DNA from: Camelus ferus
Lineage: Eukaryota
Assembly (NCBI RefSeq): GCF_009834535.1
Contig: NC_045697.1
Coordinates: 35,404,001-35,468,000 of the forward strand
Length of the DNA stretch: 64,000 nt
Reading direction: 5' to 3'
This document shows positions 13,228 through 24,880 of the stretch, piece by piece. The number at the start of each line of letters is the position of its first letter. Position 1 is the stretch's first letter. Position numbers and translations under genes: made by a program. A model generated the notes under the pieces. The model saw only the letters and a program-made list of their open reading frames with translations, made no database searches and had not been told where the DNA came from.

Positions 13228-13544
13228 GTGAGTAACAGAGAGCGAGCGGGCCGGGACCAGGCGTCTGCCAACACTCCTCGCTCGGCTCCCGCAGTCCCCG
13301 CCCCTCGCCTCCTGTCCCGAAACGCGCCGGGAGACCCGGCCCGGGAGCCACCCCTTCCCCTCCCGGGGCCGGGGCGGGCGGTGACGCTGCGGGCGGCGCG
13401 GGGCGGGGGCGGGCGTAGGGGGAAGGGGCCGGCCTGCCAGGGGAGGGCGGAGGTGAGGGGGGTGGGGACTGGCTCCATTTCAGTGTTGGGGGAAGGGGGG
13501 GCGGGACGTGCGATGAAGGGCCGGGACCAGAGTGTCCGGGGTGA

Positions 13545-13691
13545 ATGGAGGTGGAGGCAGCGGCAGGCGCTAGCGTGCAGGGCCGGGGGTGGCACCGGCT
13601 GGCGGGGAGAGGGGGCGAGCGAGCGAGCGGGGCGCAGGGGTGAGGATTTCCTAGGGGCTGAGCGGTGCGGGCAGCTCCGTGAGAAAGGCGG
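13545..13691 (+). other. DCUN1D4: Putative alternative first exon (1b) of DCUN1D4 with disrupted coding frame
   Basis: Consensus donor GCGG|GTGAGT at 13691/13692 in the phase needed for exon 2; ATG at 13545 (MEVEAA...) is out of frame and there is an in-frame TAG at 13652; true 5' end unknown. Confidence 0.6.
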
Positions 13692-14250
13692 GTGAGTGCT
13701 AGGGGAGCGCGGGGGCGGGGACAATGGGAAGAAGGGCTGTATGGCGGGGGTGGGGGGAACAATGGGGTGGGGGAATGGGGGCAGCGGCCGAGCGGGGCAG
13801 AGGGAGGGCACGGAGATGAGGGCTGATGTAATGGGAGAGAGAGACGGTGGGAGGGATTGGGGTGTGATGGGATAGTTGGGGAGTCCGGCGGGCGGGAGGG
13901 CCATAGGAAGCGTGGTGGGGTACCTGGGAGTGGTGAGAAGGGGCAAACGTTGGGTAATAGGATGGAGCAGGTGTTGGGAATATAGGATAATTGGGAGTAA
14001 GAAGAGAAGGTGGGGAGGGTTTGGGGTGACAGGATGGGGGCAGGGGTAGAGGAGGTGCGGTGGGGGTGAAGAGCTAGTTGGGAGGAAAGGGAGGTTGGGA
14101 GGGGCCGGGGCAAGGGGAAGACTGTCTAGTCCAGATTCGGTCCGCGCGGGGCTTGGGGGGGAGGTGTCAGACTACGTGTTTAGGGGAGGTGTATCCTACC
14201 CCAGATCAAGCCAGGGTCTCTCGAGGGGGAGCCCTGAGCTTGGGGGTGCG

Positions 14251-14310
14251 AGGAGAGGAGGGGGCGGGGCTGATGTGGAGGGGGCGGGACTGAGGAGGAG
14301 GGGGCGGGGG
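14251..14310 (+). repeat. 3 x 20-bp tandem unit, each carrying a GGAGGGGGCGGG GC box
   Basis: aggagaggagggggcggggc / tgatgtggagggggcgggac / tgaggaggagggggcggggg. Confidence 0.8.
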
Positions 14311-14743
14311 AGGTGCCCTGAGGTTGGCTCTGGCCGCGGTTCCCCCCGAGCGGCGGGAAGCGAGGTCAGCGCTGGCGCGGGCTCCGGCTGCGGGACTGGG
14401 AGGCGGGGCAGGGGCGCAGGCTGCAGGTTTTCCTTGGCGGCAGCGGGAGGGGTCGGGCCCTGGAGGCCGGGCTGGGTGGGGGTTGCGCAGGGGAAGTGTT
14501 GGGGTCTCCGGCGGTCCATGGGTTTGGCAGTCTGTGACGCAGTTGTCTAATTTCTGGTCGTCAGGTGTGGAGGCTGGTGCCTTGAGACCCGCTTCCCTTG
14601 GGGGGAGGGCCAGACCACAGGCCCGGCGCAGCGCCCGCGGGGCGCGACCTCTCCCAGTCTTGCAGGGAGGGAGCTTTAGGGGTTTCCTTTAGGGTCCGGC
14701 TCCAGCCGCCGGGTGTTAAGGGGAAAGGCGGTCCCGCGGAATT

Positions 14744-14820
14744 CTGGGACGTGTAGTCCGGGCCGCGGTTGGGTTGGGTGCACGTGGGTAACTGTGGAAA
14801 CGAGTCCCAGAATGCAGCGC
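14744..14820. promoter_or_regulatory. Divergent pair of ZNF143/THAP11-type motifs flanking an E-box
   Basis: Minus strand ACTACACGTCCCAG (14744-14757), plus strand TCCCAGAATGCAGCGC (14805-14820), CACGTG at 14781. Confidence 0.65.
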
Positions 14821-16354
14821 GCCCCTTGGAGCCTCCCTGCTCTGCTAACTCGTGCTTTATTCCCGGAGGATCTGGGCCCGCACTGGGGAGGCGCTCCTGT
14901 CCCCTGGGACCTTCTGCCTGCACCACCGGCTGGGGGAGGACCAAGCCACAGGCAGCCCTTTCACACTTGGGTTCTCGATCCCCGAGTTGATTATTTTCAC
15001 CTGCATTTGGTAGCCTTACTTGTAGAGTAAATATTTGTTTAGTCTTGACCCATTTAGTACAGAGGTTATGGAAAAAGCATTCAAGATGCAACATTCTAAA
15101 GCAATATTTAGGATGGTGTATTTTTGTGGCATCCAGTGTATATAAACACTTGGTTAAAAAGTTCTGTCTTATATAAATCTGTGACTGTGGTGGAGATAAC
15201 ATGTAATCCTTATGAAGATAGTCTAAAATACGTGTTTGTAGTTCTTGGGCCATTTGTATTGCCAAAGGGGGGCACTTTTGGAAAAAAGGTGGTCTTGAAT
15301 TGAGTGTTGGAGGCGGCTTAATGGAATTGAGAGTAGAAATGGTCTCACTCGTTTAAGCCAGTGTGAGGATGTGACCATGAGGGAAGGGAATATATTAAGT
15401 CTTTGGTTTTCAAAGAAGCATGGGAAGCCAGTGAGACTAGAGGAAGGTAAACTTAGTGGAGGACCTTAAGAGGTTTATATGTGTTTCTGTTCTGTTTTCA
15501 GCTGTGGCTGTAATTTCTTCTGTCTTCTTAATATTAGAAACCATGCTTTTAGCTTGTAGACTCCCCAAACATCACATCCTTTGCCAGTTCCCTTTACCGT
15601 TTATATGCGATGACTCCAAAAACTGTAATGTAGAGCACCGTCACATTAGCTTAGAGATGACAGAATATTTTTATGTGATGTATAAGGTGTTATGCAGCTA
15701 TTGGTAGCATGGTCACTAGAAGAGTATTATAATGACCTTAATGATAAAATTTTACCAAGAAGTCCAAAGATTTGAAAACTGTCTAGTATGGTTACAAACA
15801 TACTGAATTTGAGTACTTGATTGAATGATGGTTCTTTTCATAATGGCTGAAAAATAGGGCAATGTGTGGTTTTATCCGGAAAAGATTTATGTCTTATCTT
15901 ATGTTTTATTTAAGCTTATGATGAAATAAATATCCAGGAAACCTTTTGTGATATGTAAATGTGTAACATGGACTTTTTTTTTTTTAATGTGCATTTTTCA
16001 CTGGAATTTGGTATTGTAAAGGGTGAGGTCTATGAGGTTGAGAACAAGAGCTGTAATTATCTTCAAGACGGTGTTTTTAAAGAAAACATTAGGTTAGTCA
16101 TTTCTTTACCTTTTCTTTTTTTCAATTTCATCCCAACGGGCAGGTGCCCCATACACACACGACTACCCCTTTCCTCAGCTCCCAAACCCTAGGTTCCTAT
16201 GCATTATCACCTTACACTTTCTACTCTGGTGTTAGAAAGAAGTTCCTCTTTGATTTTTGGCCTTTGGAGAGGTCCTTTATTTTCTTATGAACTTAACTTT
16301 GCCTTTAGACAGATGTTTCTAAAACTCCACCCGGAATTTTTTGACTGTTTTCAA

Positions 16355-16814
16355 CAGATGGTCCCAACTTAATGATAGTTCGACTTTATGATGGTGCTAA
16401 AGCAAAATACATTTGATAAAAACGGTACTTCAAATGTTGGATTTTGATTTTTCCGAAGCTAGTGATGTATGGTAGGTTACTTGCGATGCTAGGCTGGGCA
16501 GCCACCGCAGCTTTCAGGCGGCCATATGATCATGAGGGCAAATAGCCGTACACTTACAGCCCTTTTGTACCAGACAGCCTTTCTGTTTTTCACTTTTAGT
16601 GCAGTTTTCAGTAAATTACCTGAGATACTCAGTATTTTATTATAAAATAGGTTTTGTGTGAGGTGATTTTGCACAACTCTATTCTAATATAAGAGTTCTG
16701 AGCATGTTAAAGGTAGGCTAGGCTAAGCTGTTGTCTGTAGGTTAGTTGTATTAAATGCATTTTCGACTTAGGATATTTTCAGTTTACAGTGGGTTTACTC
16801 AAGAGGAAGCTCTG
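16355..16814 (-). mobile_element. MER47/Tigger5-type DNA transposon fossil
   Basis: Ends CAGATGGTCCCAACTT ... TCTG-TA; internal aaggtaggctaggctaagc and attaaatgcattttcgactta match MER47 in reverse. Confidence 0.75.
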
Positions 16815-17159
16815 TATTGGGGAGGATTTTCACGTTATTTCGTCCATAATGTTGCCAAGAAAGAAAGCCCCCCTCATTTTCTCCGCTTTAGAGGACTTCT
16901 GTGCTTTTTACTCTTTTCTTACTCTGTTCTTGCTTCCAAGAAGTAGCCCGACTAATACGTGACCACATTTTTTCAAATGTTATTAATTGTTATATCCTTT
17001 TCTCTTTTTACCTTTAGCTTCTCCCAGAAGCTCTTACTAGCTTATTGCTTTCTTCCTGACTGTATGTTTGCATTGCTCTCATCTCAGTAATAATAATCTT
17101 GCTTACTCAGCAGTGTAAATATCAGTGTATCAGAAACTGACCTCGCGATGACCTCTGTT

Positions 17160-17635
17160 GTATTAGGTGTGATGCTTCTGACAGGTAAAACTACTCAATC
17201 CAAAATGACTTAAGTAGTGGAGTTTATAACTGTCCAGTAGCAAGAAGTTTAGAGATAGATGGATTTAAAGCTAGTGCAGAGTCATAGTGATGTCTTTTGA
17301 GAATGTATCCTTTTCCCCTCTATTCTTAGTATTTTGTCAAGATCTCTAGGCTCATTGCCTCCTGTTTCCTGTATGGTTGCTGCAGCACCAGACATCATGC
17401 CTATGTAAGAAAGGAAGGGAAGGAGTGTATTTCCTTACAATTCCCACTTAACAGAGAGGAGTCTTTTCCAGAAGGTCACCTTGGAGATTTCCCCTTCAGT
17501 CTCTTTGAGTAGAGTTGACCTCATGCCACTGCTGGTTGTGAGGGAGGTGGAGAAAGTGAGTCTGGCATTTTGAGCTTCTGTTGTGTGGTGTGGACTTTGC
17601 TAAGGTGGAAGAAGGGAATGCTCTGGGTTGACAGT
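17160..17635. mobile_element. Old LTR (MLT1/LTR33-like) fossil
   Basis: atggttgctgcagcaccagacatcatg..gaccTcatgccact..gggaggtggagaaagtgagt motifs. Confidence 0.45.
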
Positions 17636-17899
17636 CTACAATTATATCCCTGATTCAGCTACTTTTTTTAACTGTCTCTGGCTTGGTCTCAATCTTTTTT
17701 ATCTGTTGACTTGTTTTCTGCCTCATTCTAAAATAATTAGAGGTGACTTACTAAATATAGATAAAATCCTGTTAAGAGAAAGAAATTATACATTTTCAGG
17801 CTGCACATAAATGCTTGCCATATGTTAGAAATGGGCCATATATTTGGCTCTGAGCTTCCTAGTTGCCAAAATAAAGAGGAAAACAAGACCAGTTAATTT

Positions 17900-18555
17900 T
17901 ATTCATTTGGTTAATGAAACTGCACTTCATTTAATAATGCAGGCTGGAAGCTTAGACATTTCTCATCCTGCCTTTCCCTGGTTGCAGCAAGTCAGAGGCC
18001 ACATCTCTTCCCATGCCTGTCCCCTCTTTTCTATACCTAGTGCCATCACCCTAGGTCTGATCCATCCTTTCTTGTATTGTAATAACCAGTAATCCTTTTA
18101 CCAGGCTCAGCCTCCTAACTTTATCTTCTCCATCACCAGTTAATTATCTTTGTCTTTATGACTCCCCTACTCAGAAACCTCAAAGACTCCCGTTTGTTTA
18201 CCGAAATACAGTCTCCTCAGAAGCTGGGGTTGGACTTGTTCTCTAGTTTAAGCTTGATCTCTTCCTCCCAGATTGCTCCCCCATCGCCCACTGCCCTCTA
18301 TGCTACGTCTGTGGAAGTTCCCTTCATGGCGTTCCTTGTTCCCTCTCCAGCAAACTTTCTCATTGAGCCTCCAAAGGGCTGTTTATTTCTCTTCTCAGCT
18401 TTCTCTCATTTAACAATAACTGCTTGTTTACTTATTTGTCCCCTCCCCAAATAGATTATAACCCCTGTGGGGTCTGGGACTCTGTCTTCCTTGGTGTCCC
18501 CTTTATGGTGCAGCATGATGCCTCTCTTAGGTCCTCAAATACATAATGAATTGGA
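17900..18555 (+). mobile_element. L2 fossil
   Basis: Degenerate L2 3' region ending ..gcatgatgcct..taggtcctcaaatacataatgaattg. Confidence 0.55.
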
Positions 18556-19904
18556 CTTTAACAGTCAACTCTTGACTAGTTAGTGGATTATCTGGAATGT
18601 ATTCATTCTTCCTCCTGCTCTCCAGCATGCTTCTGAGTCGTCTGTTGTTGTCTTTGGATTTTTTTTCCTGGAGTACAGACTTTCACTTATTCATCATTCT
18701 CTGCCGTTTTTTGATAAAGGTGTCTTATGCAAACCAATTTAAATAATACTTCCTTTTAAATACACGCAGATACCAGTTTTGAAGAATGTCTGTGGCGTGG
18801 AGAGACTTCTCAAGGACAGAGTAGAGTGCTGGTGATGTGCTGAGGCACCAGAGTCTGTGGACAGGACCCGTGTCCATTTCTGACCTATGTAGCAGGCCTA
18901 GGTGGGGACGGCTGAAGTAAGGCTTGGCAAGTTGGATGGTAAGGGGCTTAATGTTTCTGCTTTTCCCCTCTTTTTGTTTCATGACCAGATTCTGGCCCTA
19001 AGGGTTTCTTTCTTAATGTTAGCAATGCACTGAGATAACTAAAAGTCTTCCTTTAGTTAGAAGGTAAACTTCGTTAGTTGGAGGTGAATTTTCTGAGAAT
19101 CTGACATTAATGCTGATCTCTTTTTATAGGTGATCAACTTGATTTGGTGTTAACAGCTTTTCATAGCTTATTTTTGAGATTCAGTGATCTGCCTTTCCAC
19201 TCTGGTTGGACTCTGGGGACAGGGTCAGTGGTGGGAGCTGCCTTTGCCAGTGGTCAGGCGGGACTCTGAGGCACACATCAGTCACGCCACTGATGCGACC
19301 TAACCACATCTTTGTCCCCCCACCCACTCCCACAAATTCTTGGAAGTGTTAGGGATGGAAATTATATTGGTAGAATATTTATTTTGTTTAGCTAAAAATC
19401 ATCTGATAGTCCAATTGCTCTATGACTCAACTTTATTGAGTATAAATTTACATTCTATAAGATTGTACCCATTTTATAAATGTGTGTGTGTTGTAACCAC
19501 TAGCAAAATTCAGATATAGAATATTTTCATTACCCCAAAGTTCCCTTGTGTCCCCTCACTGTCTGTACTTCTCTACTTCCCACCACAGTTTTTGGCTTTT
19601 AATATATATCACCTTAGGCCTCCTCTGTGTTAGCTGATTTGTCATTTTGCTGTTCGTGGAGGTATTATAGGATAAAAAGGTGTAATAATCACTCTGTCTT
19701 TTTTACTGAACTATCAGTGCTGTATAAATTAGAAATCTGATAATTAATACTTTACTACATAGAACTCCTTGAATTAGATGACTTGATCTCTTCAAAGATT
19801 TTCTGGTGGATGGCTTTTGCTTCTCTGTAGGCCAAAGATACACAATGCTAGAATTTGCTCCTTGGAGATAATGATGTCTTTTGTCATCTGGGTCCGGTTG
19901 GGAG

Positions 19905-20590
19905 GCAGGAAAGCATAGCAGTTAAGTGTAAACTCTAGAGTCAAAATGCCTGGGTTCAAATTCTGTTTGCCTCTATTAGCTGTGTGACCGTGGGTAAGTT
20001 ACTCAGCTACTCTTTGTAAGCCTCAGATTCTTCAGGCGTTAAAAATATCTGCTGCAGGGTATGGGGTTGTTGAGTCAGCAGTGTTTGTTGTGCACTTACT
20101 GTGTACCAGGCTCTGTTCTTCATCTGTCATGAAGTCCCATTTCAGTGTTGGGGAAGAGGCAGATGATAAGCAGGCAGATCATGCAGTATGTCAGGTGGTG
20201 ATAAGTTTGTTAGAGAAAAGCGAGCAGGGAAGGGGAGAGCACAGGTGCCCCTCTGTGTACAGGGGCGGAGAGCCCCAGCCGGGCTGTTGTCATTTTACAT
20301 AGCTAGGTCAGGGAGGGCCTCCCTAAGAAGCTTTTAAGACATGACCCAGTGGAGGTGAAGGGGCATTCCAGGGAGAGGGGACACAAATGCAGAGGCTCTG
20401 AAGGGGAGCAGGCGCGTGTTTGACGGACAGCAAAGAGGCTGGTGTGCTTAAAGTGGAGTTGGAGGTTGGGGGGAGAGAGAGAAGCAGGAGGCAAGATCAG
20501 AAGTGATCCCGACGATTGAATGAGATAAAGCGCATAAAGCCTTTAGAGAAATGCTTGGCACTTTGCTGTCTTTATTGCAAATGATTACTG
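19905..20590. mobile_element. MIR (+) split by an L2 fragment (-, about 20060-20505)
   Basis: MIR 5' and core at 19905-20045, MIR 3' part (gattgaatgagataaagcgcataaagcc..cttggcac) at 20510-20590, L2-like sequence between. Confidence 0.6.
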
Positions 20591-21219
20591 TGTAATGTCA
20601 GTTTCTTCATTAGGCTTTAAAAGGAGACCTTTGAGAGGAAGAGAGGTTCTAAGAAAAGAACCAACTGAGGCGTTCCCTCACTCAGTCACTCAGCAGCCAT
20701 TGCTTTCAGGTGCTGCTGTAGCAGACACGACTGAGCCGGGGTCCTTGTGTGGAAGGACGTCCTTCCAGCGGGTTTAATGCTGAGGCAGAGAAGTACTGGG
20801 CAGTTGAAGTACGGGCTGGGGCCAGGTCAGAGGGATGCCCAGGGAGCTTTGAAAGTAGGCGGTCATTAGATTTGACTTCAGGGAAGGTTTAGCGGTTGTC
20901 ATGTGGCTTTAGCTTTTGAAGTTTTATTACAGGAAGAAAAGGTGGGTGTGTAGGGGGTAGGGGAAGAGGTGGGAGGGTGCTCCCAAGCAGAGGGACAGCC
21001 TGGCCAGAGCAGTAGCATGGGGGTTGGGCCAGAGTGAAGGGGAGTGAGGTGGAGGGTGGGCAGGAGCCATGTGGGGAGGGCTGAAAAGAGGCACCAGGGA
21101 GGGTTGATGAGTAGGAGGGAGGTGAGGGGAGAGAGAAGTCAGAGGATGTGGGGCACACGGAGAGAGGAGGCATGGGATGGGGATGTTGACACACATCAAA
21201 TATACAGTGATTATTCCTG

Positions 21220-21435
21220 GGCCAGCTGCCTTGCTTGCGTTAACTCATTTAATCATCACCACAGCCTCTGAAGTAGGTTCTGTATGTGCTGTTTTTCATC
21301 CCCATTTTACAGATGAGTAAGCTGAGGTACAGAGAGATTAACAAACCTTCTCAAGGTCACACAGCTGGTAAGTGGTGAGCTGAGATTCTAACTCAGGCAC
21401 TCTGACTCCAGGGTCTTGGTGCCCCACCACTGCCT
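21220..21435 (-). mobile_element. MIR SINE
   Basis: atccccattttacagatgagtaagctgaggtacagagag..aaggtcacacagctggtaagtgg. Confidence 0.85.
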
Positions 21436-22224
21436 ATGAAATATTACAATTTCATTTGTGCTTTTCATTTAATCCTTGTGGTAACCTGGCAGGCAGATTG
21501 GAATTCCATATTTTGTCACTGGCCTACCAGTGGCGAGGGCAGAGCCAGTTGATAAGATTATCTGCATTTTGTTTGTGGTTCTTTTCTTTTTGGAATGGGT
21601 CCCAACAGAATCAGGATCTAGGATGAATTCCTTCTTTCCCACTCCTCCTCTTCCCCTCATTTCTACCATCGTACAACGACAGTGGATATTTAAAGACAGA
21701 TTCTAGCTGGGCGACTGATTGTGGCAAAGAAAAGTATTTTTCTTAACTCACTAGTGAAAAAGTCATTTTTAGTCCTCTCAGATTTTATTTTAAACAGACA
21801 TTCATACTAAATACTTTTTGGACACACACTTTATATTATTTTTAAAGATGAGTGACATCTAACAACATTGCAGAAAAGCCAGAAAACGTAAAACCTGCCT
21901 TTTAGTAGAGCAACTAGTGTCATTTTGGTGTAACCTCTTTGAAATGATTCTCTTCTTTTTTTCTGTAGTTGAGGGTGAGTTTAAGTCTTTTTCCCCTTTA
22001 AGATCTCTTTCTACAAATGCCATTCCCAAAATGAGACCACAGATTACTTGTTCTTAATTAAACAGGAAGCTGAGAAGGATAGTTGTACATTCAAGTCCAG
22101 ACAACTGGCTACTGAAGTGAGAGTTTTAAAGACCTTTCTGCCCGGCCTTTACTTTTTGTTCTTCTAGGTTCAGTCTGTCTTAGTCTCTTCTATGTTCTAA
22201 TAATTATAGGGGTTAAAATAATGA

Positions 22225-22430
22225 ACCTTTATTAGTGCTTGGTATGGGTCAGCACTGTGCTGTCCTTGGCCGGCACCGTGTCACTGACTCCTCACAGCAG
22301 CCTGCTCTTCTGGCTTTGCAGATGAGGATGCGGGGGCCGGGCTAGGGGCAGGGTCACTTGGCTAGGACGCCACAGAGCTGGGACTCGAACCTGGGGCTTT
22401 CCGATGCCAGAGCTACACTCTTTAACCTAC
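22225..22430 (-). mobile_element. MIR SINE
   Basis: tttgcagatgaggatg..gggactcgaacctgggg..gatgccagagc. Confidence 0.6.
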
Positions 22431-23069
22431 ATCTAGGCTCTTCTAGCATTAGTAAGATTAAAGGATGATTTTTTTCCCTCTGAGCAATGGAGTGAATCTG
22501 TGTTCTTCAGTGGTTAGGGTGGGGTGAAGAGAATGAATCTAGGGCCCTTTGTACCTTGTCCCATTGGGAGGACAGCCAGACTGGCTCTCTGGGAGTGGTC
22601 GGCTCCTTTGAGATGGCAGCAGCAGGCTCAGGCTGGGTGACATGCCGCCTCTCTTGGGCAGGTGGTTGCTCCCAGCCTCTTCCACGAGTCCTGTGAGACT
22701 TAGGAGGAAGAAGCCAGCATTGATGTGCTCTGATGGCTCTACCTTTGGATCTTGTATTCAGTGAAAACGCTGAGTCACCTGTGGTGACTTGCTCTCCACC
22801 CCCTTGTCATTTTTCCCCTTTCCACGCTCACCTTTCTGGCTTTGCGCCTTGTAAATAGCAAATATTTATTGATAAGGAGAATGATGTTAACCCCTTCCTC
22901 GCTGCTACTTTGTTTCTTTTGGACCTTGAAGGGCTTGGATCTTGGTCTTTTTTTTTTCCATGTGCAGAGGGGCTACCTGTGAGTGAGTTGGACTCCCCTC
23001 TGGCCTGTGCTGAGATTGTGAGCATGGATTGGTGGCCAGAGCTTGGGGATTGAGTCGAGGGTGGGGATA

Positions 23070-23225
23070 AATCGCTCCTCTCTGGTTGCACAGTAGAGCT
23101 ACCTGGGCTTCTTGAAAAAATGTTTGCTGACCACACTCCTGTTTTTATTTAAATTGATCTGGATGGAGCCCCAGGCACTGGCAGTTACTCAGACTCCCCA
23201 GGTGATTCTGACGCGCAACCGCTGT
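23070..23225. mobile_element. MER5-type hAT-Charlie fossil
   Basis: ggttgcacagtagagctacctggg..ctccccaggtgattctgacgcgca. Confidence 0.5.
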
Positions 23226-24149
23226 GTCAATTTCAGCAGCTTACTGTGTGAGCGGGGGCGCGGGGAAGAGGGCTCCAGAGCTGTGGCTGCCCTGCCTGGC
23301 CCTGCCCCTGCCCCTGCCCCTGCCCCGGGCTGCCTGCCCTGCGCCCGGCTCTGTGCCAGGCACCTTGCAGCACTCGTTCATCTGATCCTTGCAGTGTCCT
23401 TATGAGGCTGGCACTGTTAACTATCCGTTTTATGGATAAGAAATTCCTCCTTCTAACAATGAAGGGCGTGGGGTATGATGCTGACCTACAGACCTGGCTT
23501 TTGGCTTTTCCTAGTTTTCTGGTATAGAAAACTCGTTTCAGATGTTTATGTTTTAATAATTTGGCCTCAAATGTGAATATATTTGTTTTTACAAATGAGA
23601 CATATTCTTGTGCCCTCTCTTACAGCTAAATGACTGTCAGTTGGTATACAGAAGTATAAACACAATACTGGTTAAAACATTGCTTTTTATAGTGTCAAAA
23701 GTAGACTTCATTTTATGATAGATTTTGAATTTCAAGACATTTCGAGGTGAAGTGCATTCTATACTTTTAGAATCACATATACTCTGTACGTTTGAGCTCA
23801 TACATAGGTCTGCCCGACTTGTAATCTGGCCCGCTCTTTACACTCTGGCTTCTGTAACCCTCCAGGGTACTAAGCAAGTTGAATTTCAGTATTTTAAACG
23901 TGCTCAAGTCTCCCCATCATAGAGCTCACACTCAACACTCCTTCAACCCCGCGTGCATTTCCAGTCTCCCCTTCACAGTGAACTTCTGGAACAAGTTGTT
24001 TATGCCTGACATGATCTGATCCCTCACCTCCTGCTTTATCCTTGGCCCATTTCATTCTGCCCTCAGTTCTGTCATCACAGTCTTCGTCACGGTCACGGAG
24101 GAACCTCCACGTTGCTAAATCCAGTGGCTACTTTTAAAGCATTTATTCC

Positions 24150-24880
24150 CCTGTGTATTGGTATCCATCATGTGCTAGGTTTGTGATGTTCTAGGTATTG
24201 GAATATAGTGGTGAACAAGACAAAAGAAAGTCCCTGTCAATGTGGAGCTTGGACTCCAGGGAGAGTGACAAAGGATAAAGATATAAATATATATGAAATA
24301 TAATGTCAGGGTCACAGAAGACCTCATGTTGTTTGACTTTATTGATAGAAAATGTCTAGAATAGGCAAATCTATAGACAGAGTGGGTTAGGGGTTGCTTG
24401 GTGCTATAGGGGTGAGGGGAGAAATGGGGAGTGATAGCTGATGGGGTAAAAACATGTTTTAAGGTTACATTGTGGTGATGGTTACATAGCTCTGTGAATA
24501 TAACAAAAAACATTGACTTGTGCACTTTAAATGGGTGAATTACACGATATGTGAATTGTAGTTCAGTAAAACTGTTAAAAGTGATGAGTGCTATGCAAAA
24601 ATCTGACTCTGGTGGCGGGAGTGGCATGGCTGCTTTGAGTAGGGAAGTCAGAGGAGGCCTCTTGGAGGAGGTGACACTTGAGTAGGTGTTTCAGTGATGT
24701 CAACCATGAGGCCTCATGAACCAGAAGGCATATTAAATGAAAAAGGCCCTGAGCTAGGAGTTCACCTGAGTGTTCAAGAAGAGTGTGGCTGGAGAGGAGT
24801 GAGGAGGATAATGACATGGGATGACTTAGGGTCAGATCATGTAGGGGCTTGCAAGGACTTGTTGAAGACTTAGAGTTTTT
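24150..24880 (-). mobile_element. L2 fossil with a nested L1M 3' end (+, about 24320-24575)
   Basis: L2 motifs either side; aaatgtctagaataggcaaatctatagacaga..cactttaaatgggtgaatt..gtgaattgtagttcagtaaaactgtt is an L1MB-type tail. Confidence 0.7.

Larger units (their letters stand above)
12540..14900. promoter_or_regulatory. CpG island / DCUN1D4 promoter region
   Basis: Very high GC and CpG density relative to the flanks; spans exon 1; many GGGCGG boxes. Confidence 0.9.

Noticed and set aside
12708..13235. 175-aa ORF running into the DCUN1D4 start
   Set aside because: Starts at GTG within the promoter motifs; only the last codons (MHSDAAAV) match DCUN1D4
12923..14113. 396-aa and 309-aa Pro/Ser-rich minus-strand ORFs
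   Set aside because: Expected by-product of a GC-rich, G-skewed CpG island; low complexity, no recognisable domain
23610..23680. Possible cassette exon after ctctcttacag
   Set aside because: Immediate stop in the exon 1 frame and only weak donors; no independent support
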